Shown in pieces: positions 1 to 17,116 of a stretch of 64,000 nucleotides of DNA (position 1 is the first letter of the stretch; each line of letters starts with the position of its first letter). The stretch comes from the human T2T-CHM13v2.0 reference genome, Homo sapiens. Below the pieces are notes generated by a model that was not told the DNA's origin, ran no database searches, and saw only the letters and a program-made list of their open reading frames with translations. Position numbers and translations under genes: made by a program. The DNA lies in the NCBI RefSeq assembly GCF_009914755.1, contig NC_060925.1; one strand, given 5' to 3'.

Positions 1-927
1 TTCTTTACTGCTGTAGTATATAACTATCTAAGTTTCTGTTGTCAGCCAAGAGCAATATAGTATTGAAGTTAGTGGGTCACCATCAGCATTTTTCTTTATG
101 TAGACCCTCAGATATGGGAGATACTGGATTTTTAAAGTTATGTATTGTCTATATATGCACCAAAATCTTGTAAATATTAACAGCTGAATTAATAAAACTG
201 AAGACCCACACATCTTAAAAAGCAATCCTTACCCCCAACACTGTGAATATACTAAAAAGCATTGAATTATATATTTTAAATGAGTGAACTGTGTGGTATG
301 TGAATTGTATCTCAAAAAAAGCTGTTAAAAAAAGCCATGATCACTACCATGATATTATAGAGTTAATATCTTCCATATTTTACAGATGATTAAACTAAAG
401 TTTGTAAGATTAAGCTCCACGCCTTAGGCACACTACTATATGTGACTGAGTGTGGGCCTAAGACTCGTGATTTGGCTTTTGCCTCTGTTCCACGCAGCCT
501 TTCACAGCCAGAGCTTTTTATTGTAATGTTATTATTTTTCCAATCTGTGAACTCTGTTTCTGTCAGTTTCCACACTAATACCTTCTTTTCCACATACAGT
601 ACAGATTGCCAAGGCTAGGAATGCTGAAGACATAAATCATTTGGCTCTGCAGTATTAGTACTGGATTGAAACCAAAGACAAGTGGCAAAATAACACATGG
701 TGAAAGCATGGGCTAAGTTTCTATGATGCCAGGCATAGTTGAATTAATTCTTTGAGAGGAGGTGTGAATACACATGTATAATGATACTTAAACACAACTG
801 TGAGCAAAATATTTTGTCACATTCCCCTGTGTTGTCAGGTTTGGTCTGCCATCTGCCACTCTTGCAGTGACTGCTTAAAGCACCCATTAGTAGTAGCTCT
901 GTGCTAATCCAGAGTTATTACTACTAA

Positions 928-1280
<353 letters not shown>

Positions 1281-1329
1281 GATAAAGGGGATTCTTGAAT
1301 TTCTGCTGTTTTTCCTATATATCCGCTAA

Positions 1330-1806
<477 letters not shown>

Positions 1807-1843
1807 TAAAAATTTCAGGATGAATCATGTTCAGTTATAGTCA

Positions 1844-2213
<370 letters not shown>

Positions 2214-2520
2214 GTCTCAGTACAAAAGAGGATAACAATATGTTATCAGAAATACTAAATCATGCACAAAAACACTTTCATTCCTAGATACTGTCAGATA
2301 AGTGAAGTTTTATTACAAAGTGTAAATGTTTTATATCCCTGAAAGAATGAACATAAAAACCATAAAAAGAGTATGAGTGATTGTTTTGAAGTAAGCTGTC
2401 TAAAACTTAGATACCAAATATTCCAAAACAACAATTGGCTCTTTGAAAAGATCAAGATTTTATCATAAGTCTGTATAGTTTATTCTCTCTAAAACAGTCT
2501 ATACAACTTTTCCCCTAAAT

Positions 2521-2669
2521 TAAGGTTTCTCAACCTCAGTAACTTCAGCCTCTATGCACTGGATGCCAGTACCTCCCGTCTCTCCCCTCCTCTGTTACAA
2601 CAACCAAAAATGTCTCCGGACATTGCCAGATATTCTCTGGGGACAATTTACTCCAGTTGAGAACCACTG
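2521..2669 (-). mobile_element. MER20 (hAT-Charlie MITE), internally deleted
   Basis: TIRs GGTTTCTCAACCT / AGTTGAGAACCACTG, core CAACCAAAAATGTCTCC..ACATTGCCA, 8-bp TSD CCCTAAAY. Confidence 0.8.
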
Positions 2670-3404
2670 CCCTAAACATATTAGAGAATAAGAGCTGTAA
2701 TACAAATTGGTAAGGCTGAGAGATAGTAGGACAGAACTCAAAAGATATTTTTGTTTAGGTTTGAGGACTGACAGTCAAAGATTTTGAATTTGTGTTATTT
2801 TAATCAAATGATTTATTATTAAAAGGGAGAGCATCTGGTTCAAATATTTGTCCTTACAAGCATCAGAAAGTAGTTCATGTCTTACCAGAAGAGCCATTTA
2901 TCAAGTTATTTTGTAATCATTCCAAGGAGGCTTACAGAAGAAATCAGACTTAATTCTTTTTTCTTACAATATATTTTTAGGTTCCTGAAATAACCTAAAA
3001 ATGAACACATCTTTATTTTTAAAATGCCTCATGGAAGAAATCACATTTAGTTAACCCTTTTTTTCCTGCCATAGACAACATTGCAGGTTTTTGAAACTAA
3101 AATTACGAGATAAATGGATTTTCTATTTCTTTTCTTTGATCTTGTCTCCCCTGAATTCAGCATTCATGGAACATGATCATTAACACATTTTAGCCTTTCT
3201 ACTGAGGGTACATTTAACTTCCTTGTTGCTATCAGTTCCCTGGCAGAGCACTAATGATTTATTTTTTACCCTCTGTGTGATAGCCCACTACACACTCTAA
3301 CATTCGTGTGTATCCTGGATTCACAATTATTTTGCCTGGTGACTTTGAAATAATACAGTAGCTCTGGCCTTTACTTATGCTTCCCTTTTCCCTTTCTCAC
3401 ATAG

Positions 3405-3613
3405 CAGCAGCTGTCGATTCGGCAGACCGAAGTCCTCGGCCCACTTCTGCACCTGCCATTACTCAGGGTCAGGTTGCAGAAGGTGGCGTCCTAGATGCCT
3501 CTGCTAAAAAAACAGTGGTCCCTAAAGCACAGAAGGAAACAGTGAAGGCTGAAGTGAAAAAGGAAGACGAGCCACCTGAGCAAGCTGAGCCAGAGCCCAC
3601 AGAAGCATGGAAG
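3405..3613 (+). CDS. EPB41: EPB41 exon 13 (209 nt): (A)AAVDSADRSPRPT...EPEPTEAWK
   Basis: Pyrimidine tract + TAG acceptor at 3404; AAG|GTATGT donor; translation matches 4.1R. Confidence 0.96.
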
Positions 3614-3842
3614 GTATGTCATCAGTCCAAATACCTAGCTAACTCACTTTCTGATTTAGAGGCCTTAACTTTTTGACCAGGAACGTTTTCAAAGCAATTG
3701 CTTATTCTCATAGACTCAACAAAGTTATTCTTCATTCTTTCTAAATGAAGATGTCTCCCATGAACCTATAAAATATTTTCATAGAGTTATGTCAGTAAGA
3801 CTGTAAGCTATCTCAGAAGTTATAAGGTGACCCACTCCTTGA

Positions 3843-4159
<317 letters not shown>

Positions 4160-4831
4160 CCAACTATTATTTTTTTAAATGATCTTATAAAACACACCAG
4201 TATGATTGATCCTCTGCTTTTTAAAATAATTTTACTCATCTAGAAGGAATCTCCACATTGCTTTTTAAGACTAAGCTCTGCTATTGTGATTAAAATAAAA
4301 TTTTATTTTCTAAGATGGATGTATGCACATTTCCAAAGAACTGGTATTACATAAAGCGCATCTGTGTGGTTGCTCAAATCTTAAGTACCTTTACAAAAAG
4401 GAGAAGATTCATTATGTAGGAGAGGTTGTACTGCTGAGTTGCCTATGGTTCTGAGTTAATTGCACCCACAGTCACTGCACTGTGTTGAAAAATCACCAAT
4501 TTAATTAGCAGATTTCCTAGACAGTGACTAGACTGACCTTTTATATGTTAAGCTTTGTAAACACATTTAAGCCGTGATGGAATCGAAGTGCTAGCTCAGA
4601 TTTATTGAAATAAATATAGCTCTTGCTGTTGGCAACAGGAATTATGAGAAGCAGTCTTCATAAGAAGAATTACATTTTTATATGTCTGTTAAGAAATTAA
4701 AAAAAATTTTTTTAACCATAAGATCTTAGTAAGTGTTCTCGCTTTGGCAGATGGATTAACCTTGTTCTTTTGGAGCCAGATCAATATCTAGTTTATCTCT
4801 AGAGCAGTGGACAGTCTAACTATGTTTTGAT

Positions 4832-4862
<31 letters not shown>

Positions 4863-4868
4863 CTGTTA

Positions 4869-5383
<515 letters not shown>

Positions 5384-5967
5384 TTACTGTCCATTTGGGA
5401 CTACCTTGAGTCCAGAGAGAAAAACAGATTGAGTGAATGGTAGGTGTTTACATTTTTGTACCTAGCCAAATGTTTATGACATTGGTCATCAGGTTCACTG
5501 TCAACAATGCCTGTTTAATGTTAGACTACCTCTTCAGTTCTTAATGTTAGAATATCTCACCAGGCACTTTTGACTATCCCTCTATTTGTTATACTAACTA
5601 AAAAGTGTTGGATTACTGGAATTGTCAGGGGAATCTTCCTAGTGGCTAAGATTCCTCTGGCTTTCTGCTGACTCACTTTTTCTCCTTTTTGCCTATAACA
5701 CAGACATAAATACCTTCAACAATAGGCTCCCTTTGCTCTTGGGAACTTGGCAGAGTGAAGAGATCACTACCTGGTATATGCTTTCCATTTTAAGTGCCAA
5801 TAGGGGGTCTTTGTTGCCAATTAATTCTACATAAATATATGATTCGAGATACTTGTGTTGAAATGAGACTGAAGGCCACCTCTGATAACTTATTATTGTA
5901 ATAGTGGTGGCAGAATTAAGGGTGACTCTGAGCTGATTTTATACATAGCAGTTAGAAAATAACTATG

Positions 5968-6956
<989 letters not shown>

Positions 6957-7138
6957 TTATTATATAAAGCAATAGTAGTGATAAAGTAGCCTTGTAACTG
7001 TAAATTTCATTATCTGACATTAGTTTGGTGCCAGATAGAGATAGCTTTTTGTTGGCATTTTAATGAGATATATTCTGCCAGTATACCTGTAGGTACTGTC
7101 TCCCCCATGTATATTATCTCATTTAATGTTCTGTGTAG

Positions 7139-7467
<329 letters not shown>

Positions 7468-7737
7468 TGGCCTCAATTCTTAAACTGAAGTAGAGGCTCT
7501 CAGTTTTCTGCTATTGGATTGATAAAGATCCAAAGCAAAAAGAAGTCATTATTCACTTGAACAAGGAATTTAAGCTTTGTAAAATAATTTAACACTATTG
7601 TTTGCTAAATGTACAATTCTGGGAAGACATCATCTCCATTTTGTCCATAAGAAGTTTAAGCTCTGAGGGGTAAAAAAAACTTGTTAATGACCACACAGCA
7701 AGTATGCTGGGACTCAAAGTAGAAATGACCCAAAACC

Positions 7738-8050
<313 letters not shown>

Positions 8051-9231
8051 AACCCCAAACCGTTAATTACCCCTGGTAGTTAAAGTGCTGTAATGGGGTG
8101 TGCTTAACTTAACACTTGACAGTGTCACTAATTTTGGTGCTCTCTTAGGTTTTTTAGACTCAGTCTAGGGAAAATAGCACAATGACATTATACTCCAAAG
8201 TAATGCTGCTTAGTGTGATTAAAAAGAATATCAACACCACAGATTGATGAGGTTCTGTAAAGAACTTAATGATACAAAGTGATTTAGCCCTTAGTAAAAA
8301 TAATCAATTTTTTAATTTAAAATATCCAATGCTTTGGGCATTGCTCCCTCTATTATGCTCCCTCTTAATAGTCTGTTTTTTTTAAATAATTGCTCCATTT
8401 TCTATGTATAAAATGATGTTACTAAAGGTATTTCAAAGCTAGGCAGGAGACCTTAGCTATTCCCTTTCTGCTATTAATATCAAGGATGAATCTTGCCCTT
8501 CTACCAAACACATAGGCTCCACCTCCCTAGAGGAGATTGCAGTGTGTTGAATGTTGCAGCTGAATCCTGCATGTGCTTGTTTATAAGCCAGCCCTGGGAG
8601 TAATTTCATGTGTCAGTTACAATTTAAATTGGGTTTATTGTAATGTTTTGTTGTGTAATAAACTGAAGAATGAAGTGCCTCTTTAAGTATATTGTTCAAC
8701 TAACAAAATCCTTTGTGTTTACCAGTTTGGTGTCATATGTGGTTTATTACATGTGTGTTTTAACTAAAGATTTTCTTTTTCTTCCTGTCATATATGTCAT
8801 ACGTTGATAACTTCATATGTAAATTTGTTTTTAAATGTTATTTAAAGTATTTCCAGATCAGTTTTTAAAGGCAAAACAAAAACATGGGCTATTGCATTAA
8901 ATAAGCCTAAATTATTCTTTTAGTGGGTACTTTTTTATAAATAAGTATAAAAATATATTTTCTTCATCAATAGAATACTTACCTTAATTTTCTTTTTTGA
9001 TAATTTGGATATCCATATTACCTTTTCAGCCTTGAAAATGTGATGGTAAACACAGATGACTTTTGGGAGTAATATCCTTCCCTGTAACACCCTCCATAAG
9101 ACTGCATCATGATGATTACGTATCAGCGTATTTCACAACCAGCTTAAAGATGCAGCTTATTTGGAAACAACACTATTCATAGAAACCTACTAACCTAAAA
9201 TGTTTTTACTACTTTTATTTCTTAAATGTAG

Positions 9232-9288
9232 GTGGAAAAAACCCACATCGAGGTGACAGTACCCACCTCAAATGGTGACCAAACACAG
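9232..9288 (+). CDS. EPB41: EPB41 alternative exon 14 (57 nt): VEKTHIEVTVPTSNGDQTQ
   Basis: TACTAAC branch point 9188-9194, TAG acceptor, CAG|GTTTGT donor; known 4.1R peptide. Confidence 0.94.
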
Positions 9289-9453
9289 GTTTGTGCCAAT
9301 AGGCCACTTGTTCCTCTTTCCCTCCACCCCCTCAGTTTTTTTCTTCTCCCTTACTCCCTTTTCCTTAAAAAAATTATAAAATGAAGGTTCAAACAAACTT
9401 CAATGAGCAACATTTTATCATTTTTCTTTCTTTTTTAAATTATGGCAAAACAG

Positions 9454-9495
9454 AAGCTTGCAGAAAAAACTGAAGATCTGATAAGAATGAGGAAG
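9454..9495 (+). CDS. EPB41: EPB41 alternative exon 15 (42 nt): KLAEKTEDLIRMRK
   Basis: CAG acceptor 9451-9453, AAG|GTTAGC donor; known 4.1R peptide. Confidence 0.93.
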
Positions 9496-9622
9496 GTTAG
9501 CCATTTTTCACTTTCACAAAACTACATTGCCATTTCACCCATGCTGACTTACAGTGCATTAAAAAGACAGTGATCCATTCTTTTCATTGATTTCTTTTAA
9601 TCAGGAGTTGTTAATACTTTCA

Positions 9623-9946
<324 letters not shown>

Positions 9947-10135
9947 CTATATGTTGAAAAGTTTCATTAAACTTTTCAGTAGCAAAATATGTTTTTAAGC
10001 AAAATGAAATAATCAGTGAGAGTCAAACCTATCTTTTGTATTTAAAAATTTATAAGAACTATTTCACAATGACATCATATTCTTGGAATAATTGATAATA
10101 TTTTATATACATTTATCATAAAATGAAAACCATCA

Positions 10136-10428
<293 letters not shown>

Positions 10429-11064
10429 CACCCACTGTAGCAGCAACTCCCAGTACTGTGTACAGCCGACTTCTCTGTGCCTCATTCTTTTCATCTATAG
10501 AGTGGGATGAATCAGTCTGAATCAGTTAACTGAGTATATTTATTGGCTGATCATGTATAAAATGATAATCTTTCTTAGATCTTTTTTATAAAAGAGATCT
10601 AATCTTTTATTAGATTTTATAATTAGAGATCTAGATACTGCAGTGTCACTAAGTATAAAATACATCCCAAAAGCTAAATAATGTTTTTAAAGCATTTCTT
10701 CACTCCATGATACATGGAGTTTCAGCGTTTTTTAGTCATATATTTTAAGGTAACCCTCAAACAGTTCAATTTCAAAAATGAAGATAAAACAGCTTGTTAC
10801 ATAAGAAGCCAATGAAGCCAGGAGCACTGTCTATTTAAATAACATCATCACATTCTTTCATCATTCATGAAAAAGGTCATCATTTTCTTGTGGTAATCAT
10901 GTTCTGTGTCCGTGTGACTCTCTGACCATTTCATGTTGGCATATGCTGCGCTGTGGACATTTATTTTTAAATATTTTTTGGTTTGCCAATTTTCAGTTTT
11001 TTCCCGCAAGAACAACATTTTAATTTTTTATGCTTTTCTGTTTTCCCCCCTTTCATTTTCACAG

Positions 11065-11127
11065 AAAAAGAGAGAAAGACTAGATGGTGAAAACATTTAT
11101 ATCAGACATAGCAATTTAATGTTGGAG
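11065..11127 (+). CDS. EPB41: EPB41 alternative exon 16 (63 nt, SAB 21-aa cassette): KKRERLDGENIYIRHSNLMLE
   Basis: Pyrimidine tract + CAG; weak donor GAG|GTTTGT; the erythroid-switched exon. Confidence 0.98.
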
Positions 11128-11223
11128 GTTTGTATGAACTTGAAGCTTATTTCAGTTGGTTGCCTGGAACCTTCTGCATTCTTTGCTGATCCCCTTTTCT
11201 TCATTCTGTGCTGCATTTGGTTT

Positions 11224-11271
11224 TGCATGCAATTGCATGAAGGGACTTTAGGTTTAAAATGCTTTTGCATG
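11224..11271 (+). promoter_or_regulatory. RBFOX intronic splicing enhancer downstream of exon 16 (3x TGCATG)
   Basis: TGCATG at 11224-11229, 11234-11239, 11266-11271. Confidence 0.9.
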
Positions 11272-11859
11272 TTGGTGAACATGAAGATATGCAAACATCT
11301 CGCCTTCTGATTCTTTTTAGTTTCTATCTGTCATACTTACCTGGAAAAATATATGATTGGGACTACCTCTACCTCTCATGGTTCCATTGTTTTACCCACC
11401 TTTAGAAAATTCTACACCATTGCTAAAAGTTCCTTTAATTTTCCAAGAGTATAAACTTCCATATGTCCCAAGATGCAAATTTGCACTATTCTTTCATTTT
11501 CTGAATTAAGAGAGTGTGAAAAAGAAGGGAATTCAGAATGGACTTAAAATATTGGAGATAATAGAAAAATGACAGAAGAACTGTCGGGGAGGGGCGGGAA
11601 GTAAGATATAAGAAGGAAAGAGGGGAGCCTAGCATTTAATAAGTAGTTACTATAAGATGGTTTAATCATAAAAACAGGCCTGTGGGTATGGGATTGTTAT
11701 TTTAAAGATGACAAAATTGAACCTCAAAGAGATTAAGTAATTTCCCTGTAGTCCCAGAACTGGAAAGCCAAGATGTGAGTTAGGATCTGTCCAACTCTAT
11801 TAAACTACACTGTTTTGCACTCTGAAATAGCAACATGCTGTCTGCTATAGGAGTTGTAA

Positions 11860-12211
<352 letters not shown>

Positions 12212-12214
12212 TTT

Positions 12215-12253
<39 letters not shown>

Positions 12254-12533
12254 AGGCGGGTCTCACAGTGTTACCCAGGCTGGAGTGCAGTGGCTCAATC
12301 ACTGCTTACTGCACTCTCAGCCTCCTGGGCTCAAGCAATCCTCCCATCTCAATCTCCTGAATAGCTGGGGCTATGGGTGCATGCCACAATGCCCAGCTAA
12401 TTTTTAAATTTTTGGTAGAGACAGGATCTCAGTATGTTGCCCAGGCTGGTCTTAAACTCCTGGACTCAAGTGATCCTTCTGCCTTAGCCTCCCAAAGTAC
12501 CGGGGTTACAGGCATGAGCCACTGGACCCAACC
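12212..12533 (-). mobile_element. AluJ
   Basis: Reverse AluJ with long poly-T. Confidence 0.88.
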
Positions 12534-15500
12534 TAAACTTTAAAAACTAGATAGATCTCTGGCTTAATATATAGCCTCTAATAATTATTTAAACCTCATC
12601 TTATTCCTTGTCAATACCTGTATTTTGAGTACTTGTTATGTATAAAGTCTCTGAGAAAAAAATATGCCCAGCCTTCATTAAACATGTATTGCGTGGTGGG
12701 TGAAATACCAAGTGCTTTACATATCTTTGTCTCATTTAACATGAAGTTTTTCGAGGCTGGACCCTCAGATATTTCAAACTTGGCAACTGGATCTCTTTGT
12801 TTTAGCCCATATCTGAAACCAGACCTGAGTAGTTCCATCTTCAGAGACTAGGAAGAATAGTGAAGGTCAGTTGATTTCCTTTATTTGGCAGTGTAACATC
12901 TTGAAATTCTAAACATGCATATTTCCTGACTAGTTCGTCTTCAGTGCTTCCTCTTAACTGGAACCTGCAGTACCAATCATATATTTGTCATTTGTTCCAT
13001 GAGGTGTGTTATGGCTTCTGAGACTCACAAAGTCCCTGTGTGTGATGTGTTTTTCCCTCAGCATTTCATTGACAGCCCTGAGAGGGGATTTCTAAATAAG
13101 TGTGTTTGGAAATTAAAACCACTAACTGCCTTTTGAGAACATTTTATATTTAATGAAGTGTTTGGTTTGATTGCTGCTAAAATTATGAAGTGATAGGCAT
13201 CAAAAAGTGTCTAACCTGAACACAGCCAAAGTAATTTGGCCATCATTCTTTAGAAGTTTTTTCCCCTGTAAGGAAGTTCTCTCAAGTTATCTGTCACTCC
13301 AGCAGGTTTTTTTTTTTTTAAGCATCCCTCCTCCCCCTTCTCCTACCCCGCCCCCACTAATGCTTTGTTCTGGCACAAATAAGGTCGAGTTCATTTTTAG
13401 ATCTACCGCCTCCTCCTCCATCTCCCAGAGAGAACCTGTAGCAAGTTGTCTATGACAAATTCTATTTGGAACAGGTCCCTTTGAGATCTTAATTTTACTC
13501 TGTGCCCCCACAGGTTTTCAACAAAGCCAGCTAAGAAGGATGGAGAAAGCTCCCTCAGAAGCTACTGGTTTTACCAAAACATTTATTTTCCCAGGTTCCA
13601 AGCCAATCCGAAGCTAGGCAAGAAGAGTAGCAAATTACAAGTCTCTTACATTAAGAGGTTAACTAAGAGAGTTATCATTTTACATAGCATCTCTTGCTTA
13701 TTTTTGTTTTGCTCTATTCACACCTTTAACCCTCCCAAATGTATTAGGTTGTTCTTGGCCCAAACAGATTTTAATTTCCAGTGAGGAGCTGGGTCACAGG
13801 ACCTTACATGCCTGGTGGGTCTGGTTGCTCAGTCCAACACTGGGTCTTTGAATGGGCTTGTTCATGCTTTTCTTTAGCTACTAGACATGCTTTTCTTGCT
13901 TTCAGCCAGAAGAAAAGTGCAAACTGTTGTTTCCCCCATAGTGAAGTCCATATTCATAAAATATATTCACATTTCATCCCAGCAAGCAAAACATGCTCTT
14001 CTGGGATAGCTATAGGATTGCCCTTTTGGAGTTAGCTTTCTGTTTGATCTCAAAGCAGGTATACATGGTTCAGTCTTGCAAAAATAAAAAGAATAGACTA
14101 ATGAATTTTCTGAATGAATATCTACAGAATCAAAATCGTCTCACTGATTATTCTTCTTATGCTGTTTTCCCTTTGACATTGCTTTTGAAAAAGTTTTATT
14201 TAGTTAAAACCTGTATTACCCTCAGAAAAAACTTTTAAGCAAAATTTTATTTAAATGAATTATAATTTTTTACCCCAATACAGCTGTTTCCTACAGAGCC
14301 AAAAAAGAAAGACTAAATCCAAAATTCACCAAGCATATTAGGAGATGTATTTAGCATTATGCTTTTCTTGGATACAAAGCTGCCTTGATATATAATAAAC
14401 ACAGAATTTTTTACAGTCATCAAGTGATGGGCTCCCACATGTTTTGATCTCAAGCATAGATCTTTTAAGGTTTTTTGAAGTATTGTTGGACAAAGAACAT
14501 TTGAGTTTTTGTCTTCAAGTTATATTTACCATACTATTTTTGGCCAAGTCCCCTTTTTGAAAGTTGTTATATACCTCCTTTTACATAAACCTGAATATTA
14601 TTTCTAACTCATGCTTTATTAACCTAAGCTTCATTCATTTCTCCCTGGAATATCCCTTTAATAGCTTGCCTGTACCTCAGGTTGCCCAGTATTCAAATTT
14701 GCTAGGATATATACCTACTATATACCCACAAAAATTAAAAAAAAAATTTAATCTGCTGGAACAGTTGAATTATTTTAAATTGTCAAGGAGATATATAAGG
14801 TATTTGGTGAACTCTTGTTAACTCACTCTCAATCCTTTGAAGGTTATTGCAAGAAGTCCCTGTTTTGAGTTGTACTAAGTGATGAAGTGAAGCTGTTAGA
14901 AGCTAGAAAGCCTAAGGCGTTTAGTTTATGTGCATATTGTTGACAAAGAAAAAAAGTCATTTTATTATGTACCTCTGAGTGATTTTTCAGAGGTAGTAAC
15001 AGTCTGCTCTGGAGCCTTTAACTAGGAATTTCAGTAATAAATTCTTACATCAAAAAAGGGCTATTCTTGTTTTTTAAAAAGCAGAAACAGCCACCTAGTA
15101 ATAGAGAAGTAAAACCATCTCCAGGTAGAAATAGAAGGATACTGTATGTTTGCAACTCAACAAGACAAGACAGCCAATGGTGGAAGTTGTATGTTTCACC
15201 ATGCCTTCATTAAACAGTTTGTTTATCTGTTGCTATCTCCATCCTCCTAAGCTGAGCCTAAAATAATTTCTTATCAAGCTGAGGCTAATTGAGTTGTGGA
15301 ACTACCTTCTTGGGATGAGAAGTTAGAGATCTGCTGCTGTGTCATAATGGGAAGAAGAATCATAAATTAAGGCGTGAGTTCTTTATGGGTTATATAACTG
15401 CTAACAGCTATGGAGTTGTGATACTTCACAGCTTCTAAGAAAAGCACTTTATTTAAAGAAAAAAAAGGCAAGCAAATATACCATGTTGTATATTTATAAT

Positions 15501-15635
15501 CTGAATGCAGATTAGTAACATCTGTCCTGGATGTGGTGTGTTTTCTACCAGTGCCCAGTCTCTGACGGGTTGCCCTTGATTATGTTCTTTGTCCTGATTG
15601 TGTATTGTTTTGCATCTTTGTCCTTTCAACTGTAG

Positions 15636-15812
15636 GATTTAGACAAGAGTCAAGAGGAGATCAAAAAACATCATGCCAGCATCAGTGAGCTGAAAAAGAA
15701 CTTCATGGAGTCTGTACCAGAACCACGGCCTAGTGAATGGGATAAACGCTTATCCACTCACTCACCCTTCCGAACTCTTAACATCAATGGGCAAATCCCC
15801 ACAGGAGAAGGA
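15636..15812 (+). CDS. EPB41: EPB41 exon 17 (177 nt, SAB core): DLDKSQEEIKKHH...QIPTGEG
   Basis: TAG acceptor; GGA|GTGAGT donor; 59-aa SAB sequence. Confidence 0.98.
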
Positions 15813-15853
15813 GTGAGTACTTTGTCCACATGACCAATTGTGAAAATGGAGGG

Positions 15854-15859
15854 AATAAA
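15854..15859 (+). terminator. Intronic polyadenylation signal after exon 17 read-through stop
   Basis: AATAAA 20 nt after in-frame TGA (15831-15833), followed by T/GT-rich sequence. Confidence 0.65.
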
Positions 15860-16316
15860 TGTTTTTATGTATTAATATTCTGTATCTGAGAGAAAGCTTA
15901 GAGCTGAAATTTGGATTTGGTGCCTCACTATATTCATTGCTGCTTTAAGGCATTTGTAATCAAATATTTATTTTTTTTTAAGTCAGGTAGGCTACCCAGT
16001 GCAATTATAGGAGCTATTTGGAGCCACCAGTAGATGATTAGCCTCTGAGAACTGTCTCTGCAGCTACATGCTTCTGGCTAATGTATGTTTATAAACTGAC
16101 CATAAGCCAGTAGAGGTTTATTTGTATTCAAACTGTGCCTTCAGGGACTAGAAAGTTTACTAAATTTAGGAAGGTCAAAATAGGAAAGACATTAGTCTTT
16201 TTAAAAAGCTTTATTTGAACATTTGCACAACTTAGAAATATCTGGACTGGTTCCCCACAATTATATAGTAAACCAAGGAGGCCCCTAAGCCAGAGAATTC
16301 AGAATTCCAAATATTA

Positions 16317-16650
<334 letters not shown>

Positions 16651-16792
16651 TGATTTATTTTATCTTTATGAGTAATATTAAACTTTTAATACACTGTTTT
16701 GTAAGATAGTCACAATTAGAGGTCAGAGATACCTTTCAGGGGCTCTTCTTTTTCTGTTATTGTCATTACCTATTTTAGAAATCCTACATCTG

Positions 16793-17116
<324 letters not shown>

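Noticed and set aside
11586-11625. G-runs suggesting a G-quadruplex
   Set aside because: Fourth G-run is over 20 nt away; not a canonical G4
13049-13135. Acceptor-like TTTTTCCCTCAG followed by HFIDSPERGFLNK...
   Set aside because: No convincing donor or polyA context; short frame ends in a stop
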